Of a DNA stretch of 33,629 bases, positions 18,561 through 26,916 are shown piece by piece. Source of the stretch: a virus (lineage: Duplodnaviria > Caudoviricetes); IMG/VR virus record IMGVR_UViG_3300027697_000051, positions 1 through 33,629 of that record; one strand, written 5' to 3'. The stretch's first letter is position 1. Every line of letters begins with the position of its first letter. A program made the position numbers and the translations under genes. The notes under the pieces are model-generated. The model was not told the DNA's origin, searched no databases, and saw nothing but the letters and a program-made list of their open reading frames with translations.

Positions 18561-20198
18561 CTATACTGGATAGAGCGGAGGCGGCGCAGCGCCGTGATGC
18601 ACCCTACTTTGATCGAGTTCCGCCGTCCACTCGCTGCCTCTGACGAGCAGTCCAATGTCGCGCAGATGGCGCAGCGCCATGCTTGTCGTGTCGACAAGAT
18701 CGTCATGCTTTCCTTTGGGGAACTGCGCTGCTTGGTTTATGACGAGATCTGCGAAAGATCTGTTAGGGGCATAGATTAGTCCTTCAGAGAATAAATGCTG
18801 AATGGAATAAAGGCGCGCCAACTTATCCTGCCCCTTTGGATCTACGAGCTGAACGCCAAAATCATCGTAACCATAAACCCGACGCAGCTCTTGCGCAACG
18901 CTGTATCCGCTTGCCTTGTTTTCAACGAGCAGCTTGTCGACGCCGTAATCAAGCATGGTCTCGCGCACGCGCTCCACAAGCTCATGCAGCTCCAGGCGTT
19001 CCGACCACGCGTTCATGAGCATGCACTTGGGATGCTCTTTCGTGTAGGTTCTTTCTAGCTGAGCCATCGCGCCGTCAGGCGAATAGGAGCGCGTCACTTG
19101 CGCGGTCTGATCGCCGCCAGACCAGACGCCCCAAACCGTCATCGCGCTTGGATCGTTTTCTGTCTTGGTTGTGTAGGCAGTATCGAGCGACGCCAGGATG
19201 TAATCAAACGGCGGGAAGTTTGGATGCTTCCATTCCTGCCAGAAGTCACGCTGGATAATGCCGCCTCCACGCGGCTCTGGTGACTGCTGGAACTGAGCCG
19301 CTGTCGCCCACTTGCCCATGATCTCTTCATCACGCTCGACAACGTCAATCGGAAAGCGATCGGGGAACAAAAGCTCGCCTTCTCTTTTACGAGGATCTGC
19401 AAGCCCAAGCATTGATGGCTCAGCTCGCGCAGGATCATAGCGCATAGGAAGCATCAGGTAATCGTAAGGCAGCTGCCTACTGATGATCGACCCAATGATG
19501 TCGTCTTCCGCCAACCTTTGCTGGATGACAATGATGGCGGACTTTTTCGGCGACACAAGGCGCGTTGGTATTGCTTCAAAGAACTGCTGATTGGTTGTGT
19601 CGCGTATTTGTTGCGACGCTGCGTCAGAGACCGACAATAAATCGTCGCATATAATTCTATCAGCACGGGCACCAGTTATTGAGTTGATGGCGCAGCACTG
19701 GCGAAAGCCCATCGCCGTGTTCTCGAACTTCTGTTTCTGGTTCTGATCTTTCTGCAAGACGACATGCGGCCAACGATCTTTATACCAATCGCTCTCCACA
19801 AGCCTGCGCATTTTAATGCCGTCGCGTATCGCAAGCTCCTGACTGTGCGACACACAGATGTATCGCAAGTTAGGCTTGTTCATTGGGCCCCATTCATACG
19901 CAGGCAGGAAAACATTCACCATAAGCGATTTCATCGATCCCGGCGGGACCGCAATCATCAGGCGGTTATATAAAGATCCGTCATCGAACTCGACGCCTTC
20001 GCTCAAAGCCATCAAGTGTTCCGCAATGTAATCGATATGCCAGCCGTGAACGTATTCCGCTCCGTCTCCTGGCTCGATGATATGCCACGAAAGTCTGATG
20101 AAGTTGACCAGGTCTTTGCAGTCTTCGCGATCAAGCTCAATCAGCTGCTGCTCAACGTCTATCGTTGTCTGATGATCAAGTTTAAGCAGCGCGCCCAT
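18561..20198 (-). CDS. terL: Terminase large subunit
   Basis: GWHID, LMIAVPPGSMKS (Walker A variant), TGARADRIICDD (Walker B), IQQRL, SLDTA, VENKASG, FPKGKHDDLVDT nuclease motif. Confidence 0.95.
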   Translation of the reverse strand: MGALLKLDHQTTIDVEQQLIELDREDCKDLVNFIRLSWHIIEPGDGAEYVHGWHIDYIAEHLMALSEGVEFDDGSLYNRLMIAVPPGSMKSLMVNVFLPAYEWGPMNKPNLRYICVSHSQELAIRDGIKMRRLVESDWYKDRWPHVVLQKDQNQKQKFENTAMGFRQCCAINSITGARADRIICDDLLSVSDAASQQIRDTTNQQFFEAIPTRLVSPKKSAIIVIQQRLAEDDIIGSIISRQLPYDYLMLPMRYDPARAEPSMLGLADPRKREGELLFPDRFPIDVVERDEEIMGKWATAAQFQQSPEPRGGGIIQRDFWQEWKHPNFPPFDYILASLDTAYTTKTENDPSAMTVWGVWSGGDQTAQVTRSYSPDGAMAQLERTYTKEHPKCMLMNAWSERLELHELVERVRETMLDYGVDKLLVENKASGYSVAQELRRVYGYDDFGVQLVDPKGQDKLARLYSIQHLFSEGLIYAPNRSFADLVINQAAQFPKGKHDDLVDTTSMALRHLRDIGLLVRGSEWTAELDQSRVHHGAAPPPLYPV

Positions 20199-20200
20199 TG

Positions 20201-20776
20201 TTACACCCAGAAACTATCAGGCTCGCCTGCGTCTCCGATCCATCCCGTCGGAAACGTATTGAAGGCGATATATGTTCCTTTGGCTGTCGCGCGATGCGCA
20301 AGCAATGACGAAAACAAAAACAAATAACCTTTGTCCGTTCCTATGCTGCACATTGGCATGTTGGCGGCGTTTGGCGAATAAGTCGGAATGTAGAGATGCC
20401 CGCCATCCTGCGGCTTGAAGAACTCGATGACGTCTTCAGCGTTCTTGTCCGCGTCGAGAAAGAACATGCCAGAGACGTAGCTATTGTTTCGGCGCATGAT
20501 GTGTTCGTCGCGCGCGCTCGAAGACCAAGACATTGTCAAACGCAAGCTGACTTCATTGCGAGGCGCAATGACGTTGCGCATGTATCGATCCAGCTCGTTG
20601 CAAATGAACTCGCGCAGATCTTTCATAACGTCTGCATCAAGAACGTTTATGCCGCGCGCGCCTATTGACCCTATTGCGTGATCGATTTCTGCTTGCGTGA
20701 CGTCGCGCTGAAGACAAACGGCGACGACGCGCTCAGGGAATAAATTGTATAAGCGCGCGCCTTCAAAATCATCCAT
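20201..20776 (-). CDS. 2OG-Fe(II) oxygenase-like protein (TIGR02466-type), apparently degenerate active site
   Basis: LFP, SW, NSYVSGMFFL, GYLFLFSSLLAH, IAFNTF pattern. Confidence 0.65.
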   Translation of the reverse strand: MDDFEGARLYNLFPERVVAVCLQRDVTQAEIDHAIGSIGARGINVLDADVMKDLREFICNELDRYMRNVIAPRNEVSLRLTMSWSSSARDEHIMRRNNSYVSGMFFLDADKNAEDVIEFFKPQDGGHLYIPTYSPNAANMPMCSIGTDKGYLFLFSSLLAHRATAKGTYIAFNTFPTGWIGDAGEPDSFWV

Positions 20777-20777
20777 A

Positions 20778-21038
20778 TCAATTACCCGGTCCGCTCACCC
20801 ATGTTGTGTGACCATGTTCATCAGCATATTTAAGCCCAGCGATAATAGCTGTGCTGAACTTACCCAAAAGATCAAATGCCTCATCGCGGCCAAACATATC
20901 GTTTATCAAGATCTGAACAGAAATGCTCGCGAGAACCTGCATCTTGCCTTCTACATCATCGCCCATGTTTTCGTTTAAAATATTTTTTACCTCATCGATG
21001 ACGAACTCCATGAGATCTTCGCGCTCTACTTCTGTCAT
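20778..21038 (-). CDS. Hypothetical protein
   Basis: 86 aa, coupled to neighbours, AAGGAG RBS. Confidence 0.6.
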   Translation of the reverse strand: MTEVEREDLMEFVIDEVKNILNENMGDDVEGKMQVLASISVQILINDMFGRDEAFDLLGKFSTAIIAGLKYADEHGHTTWVSGPGN

Positions 21039-21493
21039 CTCGCTCCTTCTTTCGCCGCCATCAATATGGCGCGCAATGCTTCACGCTGATCTGCGTCAAG
21101 CGTCTTTGCGTCGACGACCTGTGACTGAACTTGCACTGGTCCGCCGTTCGCTCCGGTGACCTGCGTCTCCTTGCGTTCAGTGTAATCTTCGCGGAAACGT
21201 GAAGCAGCTGAGCGATACCAAAGGTTCGCGTTGAAGTCGCGGTTCTTCATGTTTGAACGGGCTTCACGCTCAAACCACGCTTGCTCATACGTCTTGGCCG
21301 CGCGTAAGGCAGTGGAAAAATCTTCGTGGGCGGCGGCCCAATCATAGAGCGACGCCTTATCAACTTCTAAGTCAGCCGCGATCTCTGCGTAGCTGTAACC
21401 TTGCTTTCCAAGCTCGATAATTCGCTCGCAATACTCAGGCTTGTATTTAGTTGGCCGTCCAACTGGACGCTTCACTGTTTCTTTTTCACTCAT
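21035..21493 (-). CDS. terS: Terminase small subunit
   Basis: GRPTKYKPEYCE, HTH (YAEIAADLEVDKASLYDW), TGANGGPVQ tail; upstream of TerL. Confidence 0.8.
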   Translation of the reverse strand: MSEKETVKRPVGRPTKYKPEYCERIIELGKQGYSYAEIAADLEVDKASLYDWAAAHEDFSTALRAAKTYEQAWFEREARSNMKNRDFNANLWYRSAASRFREDYTERKETQVTGANGGPVQVQSQVVDAKTLDADQREALRAILMAAKEGAR

Positions 21494-21553
21494 ATCTCAA
21501 CTCACATAAAAGACCGGGACATTGTAACATATCCCGATCTAATTGTTTACTGA

Positions 21554-21883
21554 TTAAAAGTCATCATCATCTTCGTCATCAAGTGGGGGCAGCGGCGCTT
21601 TTTTTGAAGCTGGAGCGGCAACTGATTTCATCGCTGCCTGACCAAGCGGCGTATCTGCCAGCATGCCCAAAGCTTCCATATAGGTAGCGAGGATCGCTTG
21701 TTCAGTCATGCGCTCTGCGGCATCTTGTTTGCGCAAAGCCAGGACCTTTTTAAGTATCTTAGTATCGAAGCCGTTGCTCTTGGCTTCAGAGAAAACGTCT
21801 TTGATGTCGGAGGCAATGGCTGCCTTTTCTTCCTCAAGTTTCTCGATACGCTGAACGATCGTTTGCAACTGGTTATTGGTCAT
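21554..21883 (-). CDS. GapR/DUF2312-like DNA-binding protein
   Basis: [48 protein letters not shown]...YMEALGM. Confidence 0.88.
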   Translation of the reverse strand: MTNNQLQTIVQRIEKLEEEKAAIASDIKDVFSEAKSNGFDTKILKKVLALRKQDAAERMTEQAILATYMEALGMLADTPLGQAAMKSVAAPASKKAPLPPLDDEDDDDF

Positions 21884-22091
21884 TAGTCTCTCCAAGGTAA
21901 TTTGAGATGCATTCGGCCAGATATTTGGCTTTCAGCTGGCAATAGTCGCACTGCTGCTCGCAGGGAGCGGTGTGTTCTCTAAGGGCTATACGTCCATATC
22001 CATCCTGATCTCGATCTGTGCCGACCGTGAATGAACACAGCCCAGCCGCAATAGCATTGATAAGCCCCTCATCCATGTCAAGCTGCCCCAT
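21873..22091 (-). CDS. Hypothetical protein (Cys cluster)
   Basis: 72 aa, PCEQQCDYC; first gene of the leftward operon. Confidence 0.5.
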   Translation of the reverse strand: MGQLDMDEGLINAIAAGLCSFTVGTDRDQDGYGRIALREHTAPCEQQCDYCQLKAKYLAECISNYLGETNDQ

Positions 22092-22144
22092 GACCCCAAA
22101 TCAGGAACATGGCTAACGATTTTAAAAAGATCAAATCAAGGCCC

Positions 22145-22173
22145 TTGACCATAGAAGTAACTTCCTGTATGGA
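22145..22173 (+). promoter_or_regulatory. Early promoter with GAAGTAACTTC palindrome in spacer (copy 1)
   Basis: TTGACC, 17-bp spacer containing the palindrome, TATGGA. Confidence 0.65.
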
Positions 22174-22206
22174 TCGAGGTCTAGTGATTTGGATATGGAG
22201 ATTGAT

Positions 22207-22407
22207 ATGACCAAGCTGACGAAGCCTATCCCAGGCAGCCACCTGCACGAATACTCAGACATGCTCATAAAAGAGCTGATCAAGCTTTGGCGGGAACTGC
22301 GACCAGCCTCTGCCGCTCCAGAGGTGTATGACACGCTGATTGACGACGCGTTTAAGGTTTTGGGATATCGCTGCGCTGTTGAATATGTAGAAAAATATGG
22401 AGATTGA
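22207..22407 (+). CDS. Hypothetical protein
   Basis: Starts at the ATG of one 15-mer and stops at the TGA of the next. Confidence 0.65.
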   Translation: MTKLTKPIPGSHLHEYSDMLIKELIKLWRELRPASAAPEVYDTLIDDAFKVLGYRCAVEYVEKYGD

Positions 22408-22408
22408 T

Positions 22409-22762
22409 ATGAACATTGAGAACATTGCACGCATCGAGCGCTCTATCGTCAAGACTATTATCCAGGATGCCCTGGATTTTGGTTACGTTGTCATGCACCA
22501 CAATGGCGAGGAGGCGACGATCACTGTGCATCCAAGCGATGATCGCGAAAAAGCTGTCAGTGATATAATGGACGAAATTCGTCAATGCGACGAAGAGCAG
22601 CTAATTTTTTCAGACCCAAAAGATTGGCCTGGCAAACGCGTTGGTTTTGTTTTTCTAGTTTACGGAAACGATGGCTACGACGTAATATGCGACCACACTG
22701 ATAGTGAAGAGATGGATCAAATCCTTGCAGGCGCAAACGAGCTTGCATCAAAATACGAGTAG
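22409..22762 (+). CDS. Acidic hypothetical protein
   Basis: 15-mer start; GFVFLVYGNDGYDVICDHT. Confidence 0.7.
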   Translation: MNIENIARIERSIVKTIIQDALDFGYVVMHHNGEEATITVHPSDDREKAVSDIMDEIRQCDEEQLIFSDPKDWPGKRVGFVFLVYGNDGYDVICDHTDSEEMDQILAGANELASKYE

Positions 22763-22766
22763 TAAA

Positions 22767-22973
22767 ATGAAACTAACGTCCTTCATGAAAATGCTTCTTG
22801 AATACGAAGAGCTTGGCATGAAGATCACGAGCAATACGGAATTGATCATCATATACGGTCACACCGGCAAGTTGGTTATTCCGTTTGCTCAAATCTATCA
22901 CTGGCGCATAGGAGACTTGAGAAGAAGCTTACGCAATTTAAGAGACAAATCAAAAGACGAGCAGCAAGCATGA
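22767..22973 (+). CDS. Hypothetical protein
   Basis: Fills the gap, ATGA overlap with next gene. Confidence 0.5.
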   Translation: MKLTSFMKMLLEYEELGMKITSNTELIIIYGHTGKLVIPFAQIYHWRIGDLRRSLRNLRDKSKDEQQA

Positions 22974-23203
22974 CACAAGACGAAAACATTTACATTGATC
23001 ATCTAAAATATGTGCGATGTAGATCAATTGGACTAATTAAAGAAGCTGCTGAAAAGCTATGGCGATCTCCAGATAGTATGGAGCACGCGCAGACAATACA
23101 AAACGAGTTGAACAAATATATCCAAGCGCAATTAGAATTAAGCGAAATCACAGATGGAGATCGATATGTTAGTAAAACAACCAACCACACAAAAGAACCC
23201 TGA
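22970..23203 (+). CDS. Hypothetical protein
   Basis: 77 aa helical. Confidence 0.5.
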   Translation: MTQDENIYIDHLKYVRCRSIGLIKEAAEKLWRSPDSMEHAQTIQNELNKYIQAQLELSEITDGDRYVSKTTNHTKEP

Positions 23204-23351
23204 GACGCTTGCTGATCGCATTAATCGCTTGGCCTGGGCGGATGACGTCCAGGATCGGGTAAAGCTCAAGACCATGTTTGGTCAGGCCCGTCGCAGGGCA
23301 AAAGAAAAGCCCGTTACACTGCCCAAGCTATCCTGGATGAAAGACGCTTGA
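23166..23351 (+). CDS. Hypothetical basic protein
   Basis: Variant 15-mer start; ends KPVTLPKLSWMKDA. Confidence 0.6.
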   Translation: MLVKQPTTQKNPETLADRINRLAWADDVQDRVKLKTMFGQARRRAKEKPVTLPKLSWMKDA

Positions 23352-23376
23352 CAGGTAGAAGTAACTTCTATACGAA
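23348..23376 (+). promoter_or_regulatory. Early promoter with TAGAAGTAACTTCTA palindrome (copy 2)
   Basis: TTGACA, 17 bp, TACGAA; 15-bp perfect palindrome at 23356-23370. Confidence 0.7.
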
Positions 23377-23420
23377 GGAGGGGAGCTGATTTGCTCCCCT
23401 TTATTTTTATGGAGATTGAT

Positions 23421-24941
23421 ATGTCAAAATTTGTCGCATCGCCCCAGCAGGCTGCTTTCCTTGACTGGGTCGTCAAAGGCTCAGGCTCATGCGTTCTTGA
23501 GGCTGTCGCTGGAGCTGGCAAGACAACGACGTTAATTGAGGCAGTCGAGCGCACGCAGGGTTCCGTTGCGCTCCTGGCCTATAACCGCAAGATTGCTGAC
23601 GAGATCAAGGCTAAGCTAAAAAAGCGCGGCATTGACTGGAAGAAGGCTAACGCCAATACGGTTCATGGCTTTGGTCTTGGCGCTTACAAAAAAGCTTTCC
23701 CCAAGGTCCAGGTCAACGGCGGCAAGGTTACCGACATCCTCGTGAAGCTTGGCGAGAAGGCTGCCCCACAGCACCCAGTTCGCATGTTCTCCTCGATCGT
23801 TGCGGATCTTGTCTCGCTCGCGAAGCAGCGCGCTCTTGGCGTCTTTGGCTCGATCGATGACACGTCCAAATGGTATGACATCATCGAGCACTTCGACATC
23901 CTGGGTAACGAGGAGGAGGAAGCTCAAAACCGCGTGGCTGAGATCGTCGAGGCTGCTATCGCAGTGCTCAAGCTTTCAAACACCACAACTGATGTCGTCG
24001 ACTTCGATGATATGGTCTACCTGCCTGTCCTCCTGAAGCTCCGCTTCTGGACCTATCCTTGGGTTTTCGTTGACGAGGCTCAGGACACCAACCCAGCTCG
24101 TCGCGCTCTCGTGAAGGCAATCCTGGCTCCAGGCGGTCGCGTTGTGGCTGTCGGCGATCGTCGTCAGGCGATTTACGGATTTACTGGCGCTGACGCCAAT
24201 GCGCTCGATCTGATCAAGGCTGACTTCAATGCCGTCGACATGCCCCTCACGGTGACCTACCGCTGCCCTAAGAGCGTCGTTAAGGTAGCCCACCGCTGGG
24301 TTAGCCACATACAGGCCCACGAAAGCGCTCCAGAGGGCTCCACGAGCGTTATCGTTCGCGATGACATCTTTGACCGCAATGATCTTGATGGCACGGCTGC
24401 GATCCTCTGCCGCAATACCAAGCCGCTTGTGGCTCTGGCTTTCGAGCTGATCCGCTCAAACATCGCTTGCCGGGTAGAGGGCCGCGACATTGGCAAAGGC
24501 CTTGTGAAGCTCGCAACCAAGTGGAAGACGGTTAAGACGCTGCATGGCCTGGAGACGGCTGTCGCCAAATGGTCAGAGGGTCAGATCGTTCGCGCTAAGG
24601 CTAAGGGCAATGGCGCGATGGCTCAGCAGATTGCCGACCAGGCTGCAACGATGCGCGTGATCACTGAGCAATGCCGTAAAGAGGGCAAGGACAGCATCCC
24701 TGCGGTTGTTGAGCATATCAATGGCCTCTTCGAGGATAACGTCGACAACATGCTGGTGCTCTCCACGATCCACAAATCAAAGGGCCGCGAGTGGGAGACC
24801 GTTTACTGGCTGGATCGCGCCAATACGCTTCCTAGCCCATACGCAACGCAGGACTGGCAGCTAGAGCAGGAAAACAATCTCTGCTACGTCGCGGCGACCC
24901 GCGCAAAGGCATCTCTGATCGAAGTAGTGGTCCCTCACTGA
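23421..24941 (+). CDS. UvrD/Rep-like superfamily 1 helicase
   Basis: AVAGAGKTT, LAYN, FVDEAQD, VGDRRQAIYGFTGA, TYRCP, ILCRNT, STIHKSKGREW, YVAATRAK. Confidence 0.93.
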   Translation: MSKFVASPQQAAFLDWVVKGSGSCVLEAVAGAGKTTTLIEAVERTQGSVALLAYNRKIADEIKAKLKKRGIDWKKANANTVHGFGLGAYKKAFPKVQVNGGKVTDILVKLGEKAAPQHPVRMFSSIVADLVSLAKQRALGVFGSIDDTSKWYDIIEHFDILGNEEEEAQNRVAEIVEAAIAVLKLSNTTTDVVDFDDMVYLPVLLKLRFWTYPWVFVDEAQDTNPARRALVKAILAPGGRVVAVGDRRQAIYGFTGADANALDLIKADFNAVDMPLTVTYRCPKSVVKVAHRWVSHIQAHESAPEGSTSVIVRDDIFDRNDLDGTAAILCRNTKPLVALAFELIRSNIACRVEGRDIGKGLVKLATKWKTVKTLHGLETAVAKWSEGQIVRAKAKGNGAMAQQIADQAATMRVITEQCRKEGKDSIPAVVEHINGLFEDNVDNMLVLSTIHKSKGREWETVYWLDRANTLPSPYATQDWQLEQENNLCYVAATRAKASLIEVVVPH

Positions 24942-25020
24942 GGGGCTTGCTCGCATTCTGCGAATGCTCGAAAGAGCTTCGCAGCCACAAAATATTTTTC
25001 ACTTTTTTTATTTGAGGGGG

Positions 25021-25056
25021 TTGTAATAGGAAGTAACTTCTGCTAGAAGTTATTTC
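25021..25056 (+). promoter_or_regulatory. Early promoter with GAAGTAACTTC palindrome (copy 3) and a second variant site GAAGTTATTTC
   Basis: TTGTAA, 17 bp, TAGAAG; palindrome 25030-25040, variant 25046-25056; T-rich upstream tract. Confidence 0.6.
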
Positions 25057-25085
25057 ATTGAAACACACACTGTATGGAGATTGAT

Positions 25086-25367
25086 ATGTCTAACTTCGCT
25101 TCTCTCGCTGACCGCTACGCTCAAATCAAAGCTGAAGCTGACGCTTGGGCTAAAAAGCTCGAAGAACTCAAAACAGAGATCAAAGAGCTTGGCGTCGAAG
25201 AAATCGTCGGCGACCACTTTACTGTCACCGTTGGCTTGTCAGAGCGCTCAACGCTTGACCAGAAAAAAGTCAAAGAGATCCTCACGCCTGCGCAGATCGC
25301 TGCATGCAACAGCGTGGCGCTGATCACCACGATCCGCGTCAAGGCGTCGACCAAGCTCGCGGCCTAA
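25086..25367 (+). CDS. Hypothetical coiled-coil protein
   Basis: 15-mer start; highly biased codon usage. Confidence 0.7.
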   Translation: MSNFASLADRYAQIKAEADAWAKKLEELKTEIKELGVEEIVGDHFTVTVGLSERSTLDQKKVKEILTPAQIAACNSVALITTIRVKASTKLAA

Positions 25368-25564
25368 TGCGCGTCAAACAAAAATTGGCAGCCCTGTATA
25401 TCGCGGGGCTGCCTTTTCTTTTTTCCGGCGACTTGCTTGTCATTGGCGCAATGATTTTTTGCATGGGCGTTTATTTTGACAACGCGACAACAATTTTCTT
25501 TGGCGTGTATGACATGACGCTTGGCGCTGTTTTTGTTCGCAACACAATTAAATATGGAGATTGA
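25367..25564 (+). CDS. Small membrane protein
   Basis: TAATG coupling; hydrophobic segments; stops within the next 15-mer. Confidence 0.55.
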   Translation: MRVKQKLAALYIAGLPFLFSGDLLVIGAMIFCMGVYFDNATTIFFGVYDMTLGAVFVRNTIKYGD

Positions 25565-25565
25565 T

Positions 25566-26006
25566 ATGGGCACGCGCGCAGTATACTCGTTCAAAGATGC
25601 GTATCATAATTTTCACGTCTACAAGCATTGGGATGGATACGAAGAAGGCGCAGCTGAATTTTTAGCAAACGCCTTTCCGTATGCATGGGGCGGCACGCGC
25701 TTTGAGGCAATGGATTTTGCGGCAGCTTTTGTTGCTGGCAATAAGAAGCAAGGCGGCGGTGATGTTTATTTCACCAAAAGCCCATCGCATCACGGTGACT
25801 TATCTTTTGGCTATCAGGTTTATCAAGATAAGAAAAAACAATTGCGCATACGCGCGTATAAATATGGTTGGCTTGGAGCCGATCATAAAAAAACAAGAAC
25901 TAAATTTTATGATGACACGTTAGATAGCTTTATATTTTATTATGGCACGCAGGAAATTGCAGAAAGCCATTCTGCTTTTATTAACGGCAAGAAAGATGGA
26001 GATTGA
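25566..26006 (+). CDS. Hypothetical protein (MGTRA...VYKHWDGY motif)
   Basis: 15-mer start and 15-mer stop; motif typical of small phage early proteins. Confidence 0.7.
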   Translation: MGTRAVYSFKDAYHNFHVYKHWDGYEEGAAEFLANAFPYAWGGTRFEAMDFAAAFVAGNKKQGGGDVYFTKSPSHHGDLSFGYQVYQDKKKQLRIRAYKYGWLGADHKKTRTKFYDDTLDSFIFYYGTQEIAESHSAFINGKKDGD

Positions 26007-26007
26007 T

Positions 26008-26256
26008 ATGTGGCTCGCAGGATACAACATCCCAGGTTATTTGCCAGACGCTGAACCCGTTGAAAGCGCAGACTGGCACGAGGCTCGTGACCATTTGCTT
26101 TGGGTCTTAGATAGTATGGCTGATGAAGGCGACGATGAAGACGCTGATCTTTACAGCAAATTTACTTTTCATTTGTTAGCTATGAAGCCCAACAACAAGA
26201 TTGGCTGGAACGTTGGCAAGTATCACTGGTTCATTGATAAGATCGAAGAATTGTGA
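26008..26256 (+). CDS. Hypothetical protein (GYNIPGYLPD motif)
   Basis: 15-mer start. Confidence 0.65.
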   Translation: MWLAGYNIPGYLPDAEPVESADWHEARDHLLWVLDSMADEGDDEDADLYSKFTFHLLAMKPNNKIGWNVGKYHWFIDKIEEL

Positions 26257-26267
26257 GGGAGATTGAT

Positions 26268-26459
26268 ATGGAACTTTCACTTGAGCCTTGCTGGGAAGTA
26301 AACCCAACGCTGTGGCGTGTATTTTGTCAGATGACAAGGCGAGACATTCTTTGCACGTCTCCTAACTGGACTGAACTCGATGTTTTTAATTATATCGAGA
26401 ATTTCAACAAAGCACTTAACGAGGCACGACCAGGAGCGCGACGACTATGTCCCCTTTAG
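26268..26459 (+). CDS. Hypothetical protein
   Basis: Variant 15-mer start. Confidence 0.55.
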   Translation: MELSLEPCWEVNPTLWRVFCQMTRRDILCTSPNWTELDVFNYIENFNKALNEARPGARRLCPL

Positions 26460-26686
26460 ATCTTAAAAAAGCAATGGCGTTGCAAGGCCTGTCTAACAAT
26501 GACCTTGCAACCATTACAGGTAAGACACCGCGTCAGGTTACGTTTTGGCTATCGGGAACGCATCCAGTTCCACGCCTTGTTGCTATCTTAATTCATGGAC
26601 TTGCGGAGGGAGCAATCGATCGAGACTGGCTGCTCGAAATTGTGTGTTCAGAATTAAAAGAAGAAGCCTCTATGGCTGTCGTTTAA
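26447..26686 (+). CDS. XRE/Cro-like helix-turn-helix protein
   Basis: GLSNNDLATITGKTPRQVTFWLSGTHPVP; AGGAG RBS. Confidence 0.8.
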   Translation: MSPLDLKKAMALQGLSNNDLATITGKTPRQVTFWLSGTHPVPRLVAILIHGLAEGAIDRDWLLEIVCSELKEEASMAVV

Positions 26687-26693
26687 AAGTAAG

Positions 26694-26719
26694 AGGCCCG
26701 GATCTACCGGGCCTTTTTT
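26694..26719 (+). terminator. Intrinsic terminator at the convergence of the two transcription units
   Basis: AGGCCCGG-ATCTA-CCGGGCCT followed by a T run. Confidence 0.8.
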
Positions 26720-26916
26720 ATTTTTACTTCTGGGCGCTCTAAGAAGCGCACACGAGGCAAGGACATTGGGACCTTCCTCTTACCTGGCGCTCCTGCACGC
26801 ATTGTTGACGGATCTGTTTCTATTTCTGCGTGAGCAACAAATTGAGGCGTAGCAAAAACAATTCTTGTGACTGCCTCAATTTTAAACGGCTCTTTATCAA
26901 AAAGGTATTTCGTCAT
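26704..26916 (-). CDS. Hypothetical protein
   Basis: About 70 aa, ends VPMSLPRVRFLERPEVKIKKAR. Confidence 0.5.
   Translation of the reverse strand: MTKYLFDKEPFKIEAVTRIVFATPQFVAHAEIETDPSTMRAGAPGKRKVPMSLPRVRFLERPEVKIKKAR

Noticed and set aside
18547-18706. Long overlap of ORF 18332..18706 with terL
   Set aside because: A downstream ATG at 18547 gives a non-overlapping gene, so there is no need to invoke overprinting
24936-24984. Hammerhead-like CTGA...GAAA segment after the helicase
   Set aside because: Core reads CTGAGGG rather than CUGANGA and no convincing stems I and III; better explained as a GAAA-tetraloop hairpin (24958-24984)
22195-26270. 15-mer repeats as a CRISPR array or integron attC sites
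   Set aside because: Spacing is irregular and gene-sized, the repeat is short and non-palindromic, and no cas or integrase gene is in the window
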